A stretch of 40,143 nt of DNA. It comes from a virus. Taxonomy: Duplodnaviria; Caudoviricetes. The stretch is taken from IMG/VR virus record IMGVR_UViG_3300007778_000001, positions 1-40,143 of that record; one strand, written 5' to 3'. Made by a program: the position numbers and the translations under genes. A model generated the notes under the pieces. The model was not told the origin of the DNA. It made no database searches and saw only the letters and a program-made list of their open reading frames with translations. Below are positions 25,783-34,566 of the stretch, in pieces. The first letter of the stretch is position 1, and each line of letters starts with the position of its first letter.

Positions 25783-26109
25783 TCACATACCGTACCGATC
25801 AAACCGATTGACCAAGAAGCCCGTAAAGCTAATCGCAGCCATACAAGCCAAAACAACAATAGGAGCGATTTCAGCGACTTTCTCTATTGTTTGAGGTTGG
25901 TAGTATAGATAACTCACGAAAAGCCCCCAAAACGAAGAAAAACAATATACGCAGCCTAATACAGGTTTAAGAACTAACTGCAATAAAGCCCCTCGGCTTT
26001 CGTACCAATCTCCCAACCAACCTAAAAGCTGATTTTCGCTAAGAAGAAAAGATAAACCATTGTTCCAAAGCGCAATCAATACTGCAAGTTCCAATACCTC
26101 TCTAAGCAT
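25783..26109 (-). CDS. Membrane protein with CxxC-x-S-x-W (DUF1360-like)
   Basis: Hydrophobic helices, GCVYCFSSFWG. Confidence 0.6.
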   Translation of the reverse strand: MLREVLELAVLIALWNNGLSFLLSENQLLGWLGDWYESRGALLQLVLKPVLGCVYCFSSFWGLFVSYLYYQPQTIEKVAEIAPIVVLACMAAISFTGFLVNRFDRYGM

Positions 26110-26407
26110 TTTCCGTGTTTACAAATGAAAAACATAAGCTCTCGTAGCTTAAAGTCGCTACCGTGAAGTCCACCGGGCTGCCGTTTAATTCTGCCGTTAC
26201 TTGATAGGTCCGGCCCGCTGACTTAGCCACTCCAGACAAATCCAAATCTACATTACCCGATCCGTCTGTGGTTTGAGTAAACTTATAACGAACATCTAAA
26301 GCGGTGTCCTTAATAAAGTAATCGTACTCCGTTGCCCCATTCAATGAGCCAACTTCTAACGTACTGCTACAAAGGTCTTTATCTCCTAAATCAAAGTCAC
26401 AAGCCAT
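26102..26407 (-). CDS. Hypothetical acidic beta-rich protein
   Basis: 101-aa ORF. Confidence 0.65.
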   Translation of the reverse strand: MACDFDLGDKDLCSSTLEVGSLNGATEYDYFIKDTALDVRYKFTQTTDGSGNVDLDLSGVAKSAGRTYQVTAELNGSPVDFTVATLSYESLCFSFVNTENA

Positions 26408-26411
26408 AGCC

Positions 26412-27752
26412 TTAATTTTGCTCTAAGATACGATTTTTTAGCGGGCTACTCTTCATTGAGTTTTGAATCCAACGGTACAAATGAGTATTGACCGCATACC
26501 GGAAGTTATCCAAGAAGTCCGCCTGTTGCGCCACGTCTTTCCGATTGCTCTTTTTGATCTTACCGTTATCCCCGACCTCAACAATCCTTAAATCACGCAC
26601 TAATCCTGGGCAAGTGTCCGGGTTTATATACAAATGAGGGTGGTTGCTTAAAGTATAGTTCACTTGCGCTCGGCTATTCTTATGAGTTGGGTTGGCCGGA
26701 AGAATTAACTGCTTAGGACTTAACCTTAACCTCCTGCGGATTTGCTCGTAATAACTTGCGTTATCGCGTTGGCTTAAATCTCCGCGCTTACCCATAGCAT
26801 CACCGGTAACCGTTGCCGAATATAAATGCGTCCCGTACTTATGGTTAATGCGATCAATCATCTCTTCAATGTTCCCTTTTTTAATCTCTAAGCTATCAAA
26901 CACATAAAAGTAACGCCCAGGACTAAAGTGAAAAAATAAGCACGTAAACGGCTCTAAATTGAAGTCAAAGGCTATGTGTAGCCTATCTTCGGGATCAAAC
27001 TCTGCCACCGGGCTATTATGAACATTAGGGTCATAAGCATAAGCAAAAGCGTTGTCCGCCTGCTCAACTCCAAACTCGCCCATTCCGTAAACCTGCCACA
27101 AAAACGGATTTGAAGTCTTGTATTTTTTTAGCTCCTTAACATACTGGTCATCCAAAAACTGGTTATCTTCAAACGTAGATCGTAAAAGCGTTACGTCAGA
27201 ATCAACAATACTATAACCATTCTCGGCTATTTTGTACTTCTTATCAATCCAATGACCTACATAAATCGGATTAAACGTACCGGTCATTTGAGCGTTTTGA
27301 ACTCCGCGTAATCGTAAATTAAGCTGGTCCCAATCCTTCTCATCAAACTCAGTCAGCTCTTCACACCATATCCGGTTGATCTTTTGTATTGATTTGATTT
27401 TCTCGCTGTCATCCAATCCCCGAAATATAATCTCCGAACCGTTAGCCAGCGTTATCGTGTTGTTTCCAAGATTCAGAGATGCTACTCCGGTCAGACCATA
27501 CTCTTTTATTAAATCGTCCCAGACGAGCTTTCTGACGCTATCTTTTATCGTAGCCCCTACCTTCCGAACGATAAGTGTCCTAATTTTCGGGTGTTGTAAT
27601 GCGTAGATCAATTCGTGCTGCGCTTGGCTCCATGACTTCGATGAACCCGCCCCTCCCATATTCAGCACTTTACGGGTCTTTACGTCTTGTAGCCTCCAAA
27701 ATACTTTGGTGAATGCACCCTCTGGCCATTCGATGTCTAGCGGTTCACTCAT
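26412..27752 (-). CDS. terL: Terminase large subunit (PBSX-like)
   Basis: Walker A GGAGSSKS, Walker B IWCEE, TFNP, nuclease DFN and D...D..RY. Confidence 0.93.
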   Translation of the reverse strand: MSEPLDIEWPEGAFTKVFWRLQDVKTRKVLNMGGAGSSKSWSQAQHELIYALQHPKIRTLIVRKVGATIKDSVRKLVWDDLIKEYGLTGVASLNLGNNTITLANGSEIIFRGLDDSEKIKSIQKINRIWCEELTEFDEKDWDQLNLRLRGVQNAQMTGTFNPIYVGHWIDKKYKIAENGYSIVDSDVTLLRSTFEDNQFLDDQYVKELKKYKTSNPFLWQVYGMGEFGVEQADNAFAYAYDPNVHNSPVAEFDPEDRLHIAFDFNLEPFTCLFFHFSPGRYFYVFDSLEIKKGNIEEMIDRINHKYGTHLYSATVTGDAMGKRGDLSQRDNASYYEQIRRRLRLSPKQLILPANPTHKNSRAQVNYTLSNHPHLYINPDTCPGLVRDLRIVEVGDNGKIKKSNRKDVAQQADFLDNFRYAVNTHLYRWIQNSMKSSPLKNRILEQN

Positions 27753-28110
27753 CCGGTGGGGTTGGTAGCTTTACCCTTATCTCTCGAACCGTAGTGTCGA
27801 TCTTCATATTCGATCCGTTCAGGCGGTGGACCTCATCCTCAGTCCCCATCAGTTTATAGAGTGCAATTTCGCTAGTTGGGTTCTTGCTGCCAAGCCACCG
27901 CTTACGCAGTTTTTGCTTGACGTTAATCTTTTGCTTTTCAAGGGCTTGTTTTATAGGCTGTACTTTCTGTATGCCATTCTTATAATACCAAGCCTCGCTA
28001 ACTCCAATGGCTGACCAAACTTCATCGTGATAAACGAGCTTATTTTTTTCAATAGCTTTAACAGCCTTTGCAATCATTTCTTCTTTATCGTAGCCTCTCT
28101 TTGTCCTCAT
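27745..28110 (-). CDS. Terminase small subunit (putative)
   Basis: N-terminal HTH, overlaps terL start. Confidence 0.65.
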   Translation of the reverse strand: MRTKRGYDKEEMIAKAVKAIEKNKLVYHDEVWSAIGVSEAWYYKNGIQKVQPIKQALEKQKINVKQKLRKRWLGSKNPTSEIALYKLMGTEDEVHRLNGSNMKIDTTVREIRVKLPTPPDE

Positions 28111-28113
28111 ATC

Positions 28114-28380
28114 TTAACTCCATTGCTCTAATCGAGCGTTATGAATTTGTTTTAGTTTTTCTTTTGGAAGCTTAGTGCCAAAGTCAGCTTCGTGGTGACA
28201 GCTTCGGCAAAGAGCTTGTAGATTTTCAATTACATCCTTTTTCTTCTGTGGATCTCCGCCCATACCTCTTGGGCTTAGATGATGGATGTCAACCGCTTGC
28301 GCTCCGCATACTTCACAAGCGATAAAATCAGCCGTTGTATAGCCGAAATGATTGAGGTATATTTTCGTGTGCGGTTTCAT
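28114..28380 (-). CDS. HNH endonuclease (terminase-associated)
   Basis: CEVCG...DIHH...NLQALCRSCH. Confidence 0.85.
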   Translation of the reverse strand: MKPHTKIYLNHFGYTTADFIACEVCGAQAVDIHHLSPRGMGGDPQKKKDVIENLQALCRSCHHEADFGTKLPKEKLKQIHNARLEQWS

Positions 28381-28493
28381 TTCCTTTTGGCGTAATAGGC
28401 TTTTAATGCTTTTTCACAGCTCTTTTTAGAGGTGTACTGACACTTTCCACTTCCGATTCGATATTTACCATTGGGGCACTTATAACAAGGCAT
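28377..28493 (-). CDS. 38-aa basic Cys protein MPCYKCPNGKYRIGSGKCQY... (not in ORF track)
   Basis: Translated by hand. Coupled on both sides (TGATG, ATGA). Confidence 0.65.
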   Translation of the reverse strand: MPCYKCPNGKYRIGSGKCQYTSKKSCEKALKAYYAKRK

Positions 28494-28759
28494 CAGTCAG
28501 CGTATTCGGGGCTTTTTAGATCTTCGGAGTTTTTGGCTGCTCGCATTCGGGCTGCATCGATTTCGTGTGCCGTAAAAAGCAACGGCTTAAACCGATCATC
28601 CATTAAGACTACGACCAAATAATAAAACAGCCCGCTTCCAAACTTCCGGTCTTTGTTTTTGATTCTTCGAACTTTGCTTCTACCAGACCCACGACCTAAG
28701 AAAAAACTGATTACTCCGATTGCAAAAAGAGGCAGAATGTGATTGAGGATTACGTCCAT
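28493..28759 (-). CDS. Small membrane protein (likely start 28759)
   Basis: N-terminal TM segment. Confidence 0.6.
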   Translation of the reverse strand: MDVILNHILPLFAIGVISFFLGRGSGRSKVRRIKNKDRKFGSGLFYYLVVVLMDDRFKPLLFTAHEIDAARMRAAKNSEDLKSPEYAD

Positions 28760-28789
28760 ATTGGTTGATTTTGAGTTACTAAGGTAATG

Positions 28790-28817
28790 AAAAAAACCGG
28801 GGCAAACACGCCCCGGC
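28790..28817 (-). terminator. Intrinsic terminator
   Basis: CCGGGGC/GCCCCGG plus U-run. Confidence 0.7.
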
Positions 28818-28876
28818 TCAACCAAAAAACCAATAAAGCTCCGAGCGGAGCTGATTGACTTGTGTGTTCAAAGGTA

Positions 28877-29236
28877 CTATTTTCCGGTAATATACGCATC
28901 GATTATTTCTAATCCCTCAGCTGCGCTACGAGCTATTTTCGCCTCATATCCTACTGACTGCATTCTACTCATAAATTCTTTTTGACTTGGCTGAACTCTA
29001 CCTTTTGGTGTCTTCATCTCGATCCATAGCCCTGAGTGATTTCCAACCGGATAAGCAAAGAATAAATCACTCACCCCAGACATAACGCCTTCACGCTTTA
29101 ATTTAGCGGCCACCCTTACGTGCCGATGCCCTCCGTTGGGTATAGCAAATAGGTAGCTTTTTAACTTTGGGTACTTTAATCGAAAGGCATTTATTAAAGC
29201 TACTTGGCTTTTATGTTCGGCATCACTCCTGGGCAT
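28877..29236 (-). CDS. VRR-NUC domain nuclease
   Basis: EH..Q, FAIPNGG, GVSDL, IEMK, Q. Confidence 0.85.
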   Translation of the reverse strand: MPRSDAEHKSQVALINAFRLKYPKLKSYLFAIPNGGHRHVRVAAKLKREGVMSGVSDLFFAYPVGNHSGLWIEMKTPKGRVQPSQKEFMSRMQSVGYEAKIARSAAEGLEIIDAYITGK

Positions 29237-29945
29237 CGCTCGATGGTATTTGTACGTTTAATGTATCGGCAGCCCAAAATCGGCATTTCTCTACATACTC
29301 CCAAAAATCTCGTACGTCCATATCGGAGGTGCTTTCTGGCAGCCGAATAACCTTGTCCATACCAATTAGCTTTTCGCTTGATGCGAACTGATGCTTTAAG
29401 ATCTCATGCACTTGCTCTTGGTCTACGTGATGCCCCCAATCGGATTCTAACTGCTTACGAATTAAGTGAACCACCACGCCCCAATAATAAGCGTTTGCTT
29501 CGGTTGTTCTTTTGCCTCGCTCCGGCTTTATTTCAACAACTAAAGGCTTTACACCTTGCTTGCGCAGATACTTCGTTAGCGTTCGCTTTTCGCGAATGTC
29601 TAAACGTCCGTCATTTTGCTTTGCGTAGAATTTCATATTCGTTAATTCAGTTAAATATCTGGTATGCCTCTTATCGTGATTTATTTTTTGGTTTATTAGT
29701 TTCATAAACCAGATAGGCAACAGTCTAGCTTTAAATATTGATTCATATCCATTACGACGATGATATTCTATAATTTCTTCTCTTATGTCAATGCGATAAA
29801 ATAAAGTTAAACCAAAATCTTCAGCTATACGAATCTTAAGTACATCATTATCAGTTAATCTAATATACCATCCTAAATGAAGAGTTTCGTCTTCATTAAT
29901 TGAAGGTGCTGATGATATTAATTCAGCCAATTTATCGTAATTCAT
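29223..29945 (-). CDS. NinB/YbcN-like recombination protein with ~100-aa N-terminal extension
   Basis: KRTTEANAYYWG...HEILK...STSDM...F..YVE. Confidence 0.6.
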   Translation of the reverse strand: MNYDKLAELISSAPSINEDETLHLGWYIRLTDNDVLKIRIAEDFGLTLFYRIDIREEIIEYHRRNGYESIFKARLLPIWFMKLINQKINHDKRHTRYLTELTNMKFYAKQNDGRLDIREKRTLTKYLRKQGVKPLVVEIKPERGKRTTEANAYYWGVVVHLIRKQLESDWGHHVDQEQVHEILKHQFASSEKLIGMDKVIRLPESTSDMDVRDFWEYVEKCRFWAADTLNVQIPSSDAQE

Positions 29946-30586
29946 TCGCTAATCATTTCTTTCCACTCTTTCGTGAAGTTACTAATTTGCTCTGCCCAAT
30001 GGTACAATTCCTCGCGCAGCCTGTTTATCCTTACCAGTTCAATATCTTGCGGTATGATTAGCGGAGGAACTTCTTTTAATTTTAACGGGTAGCCCTTAAA
30101 CGGGTTGCCTATACGCTCTAAAAAAACTACTTCCGCTGTCTTTACTTTGAAACCTGCTTGTCGGCAAGCTCCAGCATAAATAGCAAGCTGCCAGTAATCA
30201 GGATCATCGTACTGCTCTTGCTTTCCCGGACCTCCTGTTTTGTAATCAATCAAATGATTTCGATCAGAGGTATTCGTATCAATATACCCGACAATCTCGA
30301 AATCGCCCAAATCCCAAACTATCATAGTCTCAAACTCATCTAGCCTAGGTGTCGCTTTTAATACTCTTTGCTCTTCTTTGCTAAACTCTTGAAAATTATT
30401 ATGCTCAAGAGCTTCACCTACCTTGCTGCCAAATTCTGTCCAATGGTTCGGCTGAAATGGTTTGTCGTATAAATAACGCTCTGCCCATTCTTTTTTATTT
30501 CTCTTAAAAGAAGTGATTGAGCTATACGATAAATAAGGCTTTCCGGTCTTTTTGTTGGTCTTTGGTAAAATCAAGCTATTCTCCAT
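29942..30586 (-). CDS. PD-(D/E)XK exonuclease (RecB/Cas4-like)
   Basis: LSYSSI, FGS, GYID, IDYKTG, QLAIY. Confidence 0.85.
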   Translation of the reverse strand: MENSLILPKTNKKTGKPYLSYSSITSFKRNKKEWAERYLYDKPFQPNHWTEFGSKVGEALEHNNFQEFSKEEQRVLKATPRLDEFETMIVWDLGDFEIVGYIDTNTSDRNHLIDYKTGGPGKQEQYDDPDYWQLAIYAGACRQAGFKVKTAEVVFLERIGNPFKGYPLKLKEVPPLIIPQDIELVRINRLREELYHWAEQISNFTKEWKEMISE

Positions 30587-30873
30587 AAGTGGTTTCTTTT
30601 GCCTAGTCGCTCTTTTCTGACCCTTTCGGTTTTTACGAGCTTTCCGGCATTGGTTAAATTGGTTATTGCTCTGCGTATAGATGTGATTTGCATCGGATCG
30701 TAACCTCCTTTTTCAATTACATCAAACGGGGTCATCGCTCGGTGCTTTACAAACAAGTCATAAATTTCATCTTGCTGCGTCCTCGCTTTTTGCTTGGCCT
30801 CTTTTAATTCTTGGCCTTGCGTTTGGTTAGTGTTAAAAAAATCTAATTGCTCTGGCATAATTACATGGTTCAT
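30571..30873 (-). CDS. Winged-helix DNA-binding protein
   Basis: ITSIRRAITNLTNAGKLVKT. Confidence 0.65.
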   Translation of the reverse strand: MNHVIMPEQLDFFNTNQTQGQELKEAKQKARTQQDEIYDLFVKHRAMTPFDVIEKGGYDPMQITSIRRAITNLTNAGKLVKTERVRKERLGKRNHLWRIA

Positions 30874-30942
30874 TTTGGTTTTTATTTAGGCCGAATTTAG
30901 AATAAGTACAATTTTGTTGCGCTTATCCGATGTTAGCCGTAA

Positions 30943-31161
30943 TTAAAAGGTGATAATTTCCAAAGTCTGCCACATTGGGTGAGCACCTTCATCATATACT
31001 TGCACTACCAAATCACCATACTGCATTCCTATAAGTAATTTGTTTGCCTCTACTTGGTGTTTTTCTGCCATAGCTGATAAAAAACTACGGCTAACACTGT
31101 ATAAAGAAGCATTTTGTTCATCTTCTTTTGCTCGTGTCTGTATTGTTTTTTTAGTTTTCAT
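30943..31161 (-). CDS. Cassette protein starting within its attC-like site
   Basis: ...NASLYSVSRS... reads through TTTATACAGT-GTTAGCCGTAG. Confidence 0.65.
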   Translation of the reverse strand: MKTKKTIQTRAKEDEQNASLYSVSRSFLSAMAEKHQVEANKLLIGMQYGDLVVQVYDEGAHPMWQTLEIITF

Positions 31162-31212
31162 TTTCAATCAAATTTTAGTGTTCAAAACGCTCTTTATACT
31201 CAACGTTGGGCT

Positions 31213-31518
31213 TCATTTGCCAACGCACTGAATCTCGTCCCTCAATCGGTGCATCCATCTGTAATAATGGTCAGGTAAAAATATCCGCTGTTTACGCTCA
31301 TCGAAGTCAACCATTACACCCCACCCACATTCACACAGAAAAGCGAAGTGATAAAGAAACTTTGTAAAAGGGCCCATCATTTCACCTGTCATTGTAGAGC
31401 TGCATACCTCATTTTGATAATCTTCGTCATCTAACCATCGGGTAATTTCCTGCTTTGCTATTTGCTCCCACGATTTCAATTTACGTGGTTCTTCTACTGT
31501 ATATTTCGGTTCATTCAT
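31213..31518 (-). CDS. Cassette hypothetical protein
   Basis: 101 aa, ends GTTGGGCTT / AAGCCCAAA. Confidence 0.65.
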   Translation of the reverse strand: MNEPKYTVEEPRKLKSWEQIAKQEITRWLDDEDYQNEVCSSTMTGEMMGPFTKFLYHFAFLCECGWGVMVDFDERKQRIFLPDHYYRWMHRLRDEIQCVGK

Positions 31519-31622
31519 ATTTCATTTGTTTAAAATCTAACGCTCAAAAACGAAAGCCCAAAATTGAATATAGTGCAGCTTGGTTCCTCATCCGACACCA
31601 TATGCGCGGCCGTTACTCACTA

Positions 31623-31988
31623 TCAAGAATAACTATACCGGTATATTTTTAGAAAATGAGTCTCGTTTACCCGCATATCTACCTTAGCCATTATGCCGTC
31701 TAAATAGAACTCAATCGGATTGCCTTTATAAACCCATCCCGTTGCCATTAAGTTACGAATAACATTACAAGCGTGCAGAACAGTAGAATGGTCTTTTGGT
31801 TTACCATCTTCCATAAACATCTCGCCTATCTTTTCGTACGGATCGTTTGTATTTACCCTGATTAAATACATCGCTATTTGACGGGGCAAAAGAATATCTC
31901 GTTTGCGCGTTCGCTTCTTTATCTGACCTTGAATATTGAACTTATTTTCGGTCTCCTGTATTATCGCTTTCGCTTTTCCATTCTCCAT
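31623..31988 (-). CDS. DnaA C-terminal (domain IV)-like HTH protein
   Basis: RKRDILLPRQIAMYL...IGEMF...KDHSTVLHA. Confidence 0.85.
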   Translation of the reverse strand: MENGKAKAIIQETENKFNIQGQIKKRTRKRDILLPRQIAMYLIRVNTNDPYEKIGEMFMEDGKPKDHSTVLHACNVIRNLMATGWVYKGNPIEFYLDGIMAKVDMRVNETHFLKIYRYSYS

Positions 31989-32181
31989 TGTACCTCTGTA
32001 TTACTTTGTTTTGATCTGCCTGTACGATTACCGCCTCTTTAACATCTAACATCCCCTGCCCACCTAAATAGGCCATAAATGCACAGGCTTTAGCTCGATC
32101 GTAAGTGTTTAACGGTGGGTGTTTAGCCCAACACTTATAGCCGTCTAAACAAACTATTCCTATTTTGTATTTTGATTTCAT
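31942..32181 (-). CDS. Hypothetical protein
   Basis: 79 aa, ATGA coupling. Confidence 0.55.
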   Translation of the reverse strand: MKSKYKIGIVCLDGYKCWAKHPPLNTYDRAKACAFMAYLGGQGMLDVKEAVIVQADQNKVIQRYNGEWKSESDNTGDRK

Positions 32182-32807
32182 TCAGCCTGCATACTCAATG
32201 CAACCTTAGCCGCTTGGGCGCGTTGCCATTCTGGTACGCTCGTTTTTATCGCTTCTAAGGAAATTAACCTGTTCTTTAGTGTTCTTTGCCGTTGAGATAA
32301 AAACAATCGCTCTAAGTGCGTTTCTGTGGCTTCTATGTCCGTTTTAGAACACTCTATCAACTTACCCTTGTCATTTGCCCACTCGTATAGGCTGCTTAAA
32401 AATGCCCATCCAATAGTTTTATCCTCCAAAAGCATCTCTTTCTGAAATTCCCAACCATCGGCCATTATCTCATCGTAATTATCAGGACGCTGTGATCGGC
32501 TTTCGTAATAAGTGCTTTCCGTTCTTCTTCTCGTTTGGGCTTGACGCTTTGCTTCTCCTAAAAGCTGCCCCATTAAAAAGGCATTAAGTTCTGTTTTAGT
32601 AGTGTTCCGAATGTGGCTATACTCCCCCGCAATCCAATTCTTAACAGCCAAGTCTAACTGCTCTTGCGTAATTTCGCCAAACTCCCTACGAACATAACTA
32701 CATACTTTCATTAAAATTGATCGTGAAGGCAGTTGAACTCCGGTAATTGCAGAGGTCGTTTCCATCCACTCATATAAATCCTTATCGCTCGTCTCTTTTA
32801 ACTTCAT
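32178..32807 (-). CDS. Hypothetical protein, possibly replication helper/helicase loader
   Basis: Follows the initiator-like gene. Synteny only. Confidence 0.5.
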   Translation of the reverse strand: MKLKETSDKDLYEWMETTSAITGVQLPSRSILMKVCSYVRREFGEITQEQLDLAVKNWIAGEYSHIRNTTKTELNAFLMGQLLGEAKRQAQTRRRTESTYYESRSQRPDNYDEIMADGWEFQKEMLLEDKTIGWAFLSSLYEWANDKGKLIECSKTDIEATETHLERLFLSQRQRTLKNRLISLEAIKTSVPEWQRAQAAKVALSMQAE

Positions 32808-33166
32808 TGAATAAAATTACCTTGTTTGTCAAAAGTCGGCTTTTCCGTTTTTTGCGGGGCATTCCCAGATTTCAACTCCCTTAAATACCACCCCTTTACA
32901 GCCAACTTCCAATTTTTCATCTTGGTCTTACCTACCTTCCAGTCTTTCTGCTCATAAAAAGCGTGTATTTGCTCGGCAGTTAATTCGCTATACTTTTGGT
33001 TTTCGGTTGCTTCATAAAGATAATCATTTATTTGGTCAACCGTTGGTGGAGTAAACCTGCTTTTTGTCTTGAAATAGCTGTTTATTTTATCCGCAATCTC
33101 ATCGTAAGCTAGTCTGTCAACTTCAAACCATCGGTATAATTGCCCCTCCGTTATCTTTTTACTCAT
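32804..33166 (-). CDS. Phage replication-initiator C-terminal-like domain protein
   Basis: FTPPTV...FY...WKVGKTKMKNWK.AV..W. Confidence 0.65.
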   Translation of the reverse strand: MSKKITEGQLYRWFEVDRLAYDEIADKINSYFKTKSRFTPPTVDQINDYLYEATENQKYSELTAEQIHAFYEQKDWKVGKTKMKNWKLAVKGWYLRELKSGNAPQKTEKPTFDKQGNFIQ

Positions 33167-33401
33167 AACCCAAAGAATTTAGCTCATCCAAATAAATCAA
33201 TTCGTAAAGCTCGTTTATATTCAATTTCAGCACTCGGCACAATCCAGAAAATTCAGCTATGGTCATTAGCGTTGGGTGTTCTTTGATCGTATTCCAACGG
33301 TGATGTCCAGGAGCAGAAGCCGGATCAACCCGCTTCCACTCTTGAACAAACTTTGCGCTGCTCACATCTAAAGATTCTATTCGCTTTTTCAAATAGCTCA
33401 T
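33159..33401 (-). CDS. XRE/Cro-like HTH protein
   Basis: P..MTIAE...LCRVLKLNINEL. Confidence 0.55.
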   Translation of the reverse strand: MSYLKKRIESLDVSSAKFVQEWKRVDPASAPGHHRWNTIKEHPTLMTIAEFSGLCRVLKLNINELYELIYLDELNSLGYE

Positions 33402-33856
33402 TTCCTGCTCTTTGTTACTTTAAACGAATCTGCCCGGTAAGTCTTAACCGGAACCTCTGGAACCTCCATCCCCTCGGAATCATAAATCTCTTGCTTGCCT
33501 TTTATTCGAGTATCTAAAAGCTGCTTTCGAGCCTTTAGCTTTGCGCTTAAATCAGCATAAACCGGGTCTTGCTCATAATCATAAATAGCCCCTCCGGTTA
33601 CTATTGTAAAATCAAACCCTCCGGCACTTACTGATTTTTCGGGGCTTTTGTCGTAGTCTTCTCGAATACAATCTTTAACTGCCCGATCTTTTAACACAGC
33701 CTCTATTTGCTTTTTGATTTCAGTCAAAGCCACGAATACCGGTATCGGGTCCGCTTCTCCTTCTAAAATGCTTCCCTTTATCGCTTGTAAGCGGTTTAAG
33801 GCATCTTCTTTGGCTACCTGCGGTAGCGTTTCTGTGTTTGGAATTAAGTCGCTCAT
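33398..33856 (-). CDS. Hypothetical protein (likely start 33856)
   Basis: ATGA coupling on both sides. Confidence 0.7.
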   Translation of the reverse strand: MSDLIPNTETLPQVAKEDALNRLQAIKGSILEGEADPIPVFVALTEIKKQIEAVLKDRAVKDCIREDYDKSPEKSVSAGGFDFTIVTGGAIYDYEQDPVYADLSAKLKARKQLLDTRIKGKQEIYDSEGMEVPEVPVKTYRADSFKVTKSRK

Positions 33857-34098
33857 TTCTCGTTTTTTAGCAGCCCTTTCTCGTAAACGTGATCGAGCTT
33901 GGTTGTTTCTCCTAATTGATGTAAAATTCTTATTGCAATTTCTACGCGACCTCTTGAGCACTCGCGTAAATCACTCATCGGCTGGTCTTTTCCCGATTGA
34001 ATGTACCAATCGATTATTGTTTTGCACGTTGATTTTATCCCTTCTCTTTCTCGAAGCAAATCCATTATGTCTTTGCCTATGGTTTCTCTTTCTCTCAT
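33853..34098 (-). CDS. Hypothetical protein
   Basis: 81 aa, coupled. Confidence 0.6.
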   Translation of the reverse strand: MRERETIGKDIMDLLREREGIKSTCKTIIDWYIQSGKDQPMSDLRECSRGRVEIAIRILHQLGETTKLDHVYEKGLLKNEK

Positions 34099-34544
34099 AG
34101 TCCTACGCTTTTAATGATTCGCTCTGCTAAGATTTCAGCCGTATTGGCTACCTCTTGAATTTTCTGTGCCGGGTCCTGATTTTCAAAGCCCTCGGCTATG
34201 TGAAACTCTAAAGCCACCTTTTGAGCGTGTTGGTACACTATGCTTTTAGATGTGTTAGAGCTTCCCTTTTGACTACCTCCTCCGGAATAGTTCTGTTGGC
34301 CTCCTGAAGCTTCCGGCTTGCCTAACTTCATTGAAGTCCAAGGATTTCCGTTTTGATCCGTTCCTTGCTTGAAGTCTTTTACTTCTACTTCGGTGTCAAT
34401 TCCAAACCAAGGCTTTTGATCTTTGGTGTTTACTCTTCCGCTTTTACCGTTGTCAAGTGTTACTTGCCATTGGTACAATAATCCGTATTGGCTGTTCCAA
34501 GTTCCGTCTGCGACTACGTTAGTCACTTTTGCAATTTCTGACAT
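34095..34544 (-). CDS. Putative ssDNA-binding (OB-fold-like) protein
   Basis: Beta-rich aromatic N-domain, Gly/Gln linker, SIVYQHAQK helical C-terminus. Confidence 0.5.
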   Translation of the reverse strand: MSEIAKVTNVVADGTWNSQYGLLYQWQVTLDNGKSGRVNTKDQKPWFGIDTEVEVKDFKQGTDQNGNPWTSMKLGKPEASGGQQNYSGGGSQKGSSNTSKSIVYQHAQKVALEFHIAEGFENQDPAQKIQEVANTAEILAERIIKSVGL

Positions 34545-34566
34545 ATCTATTTAAATTAAATTTAGC

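Larger units (their letters stand above)
30923..31562. mobile_element. Second two-cassette array
   Basis: TTATCCGAT-GTT half-site, attC-like 31086-31213, cognate ends. Confidence 0.7.
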
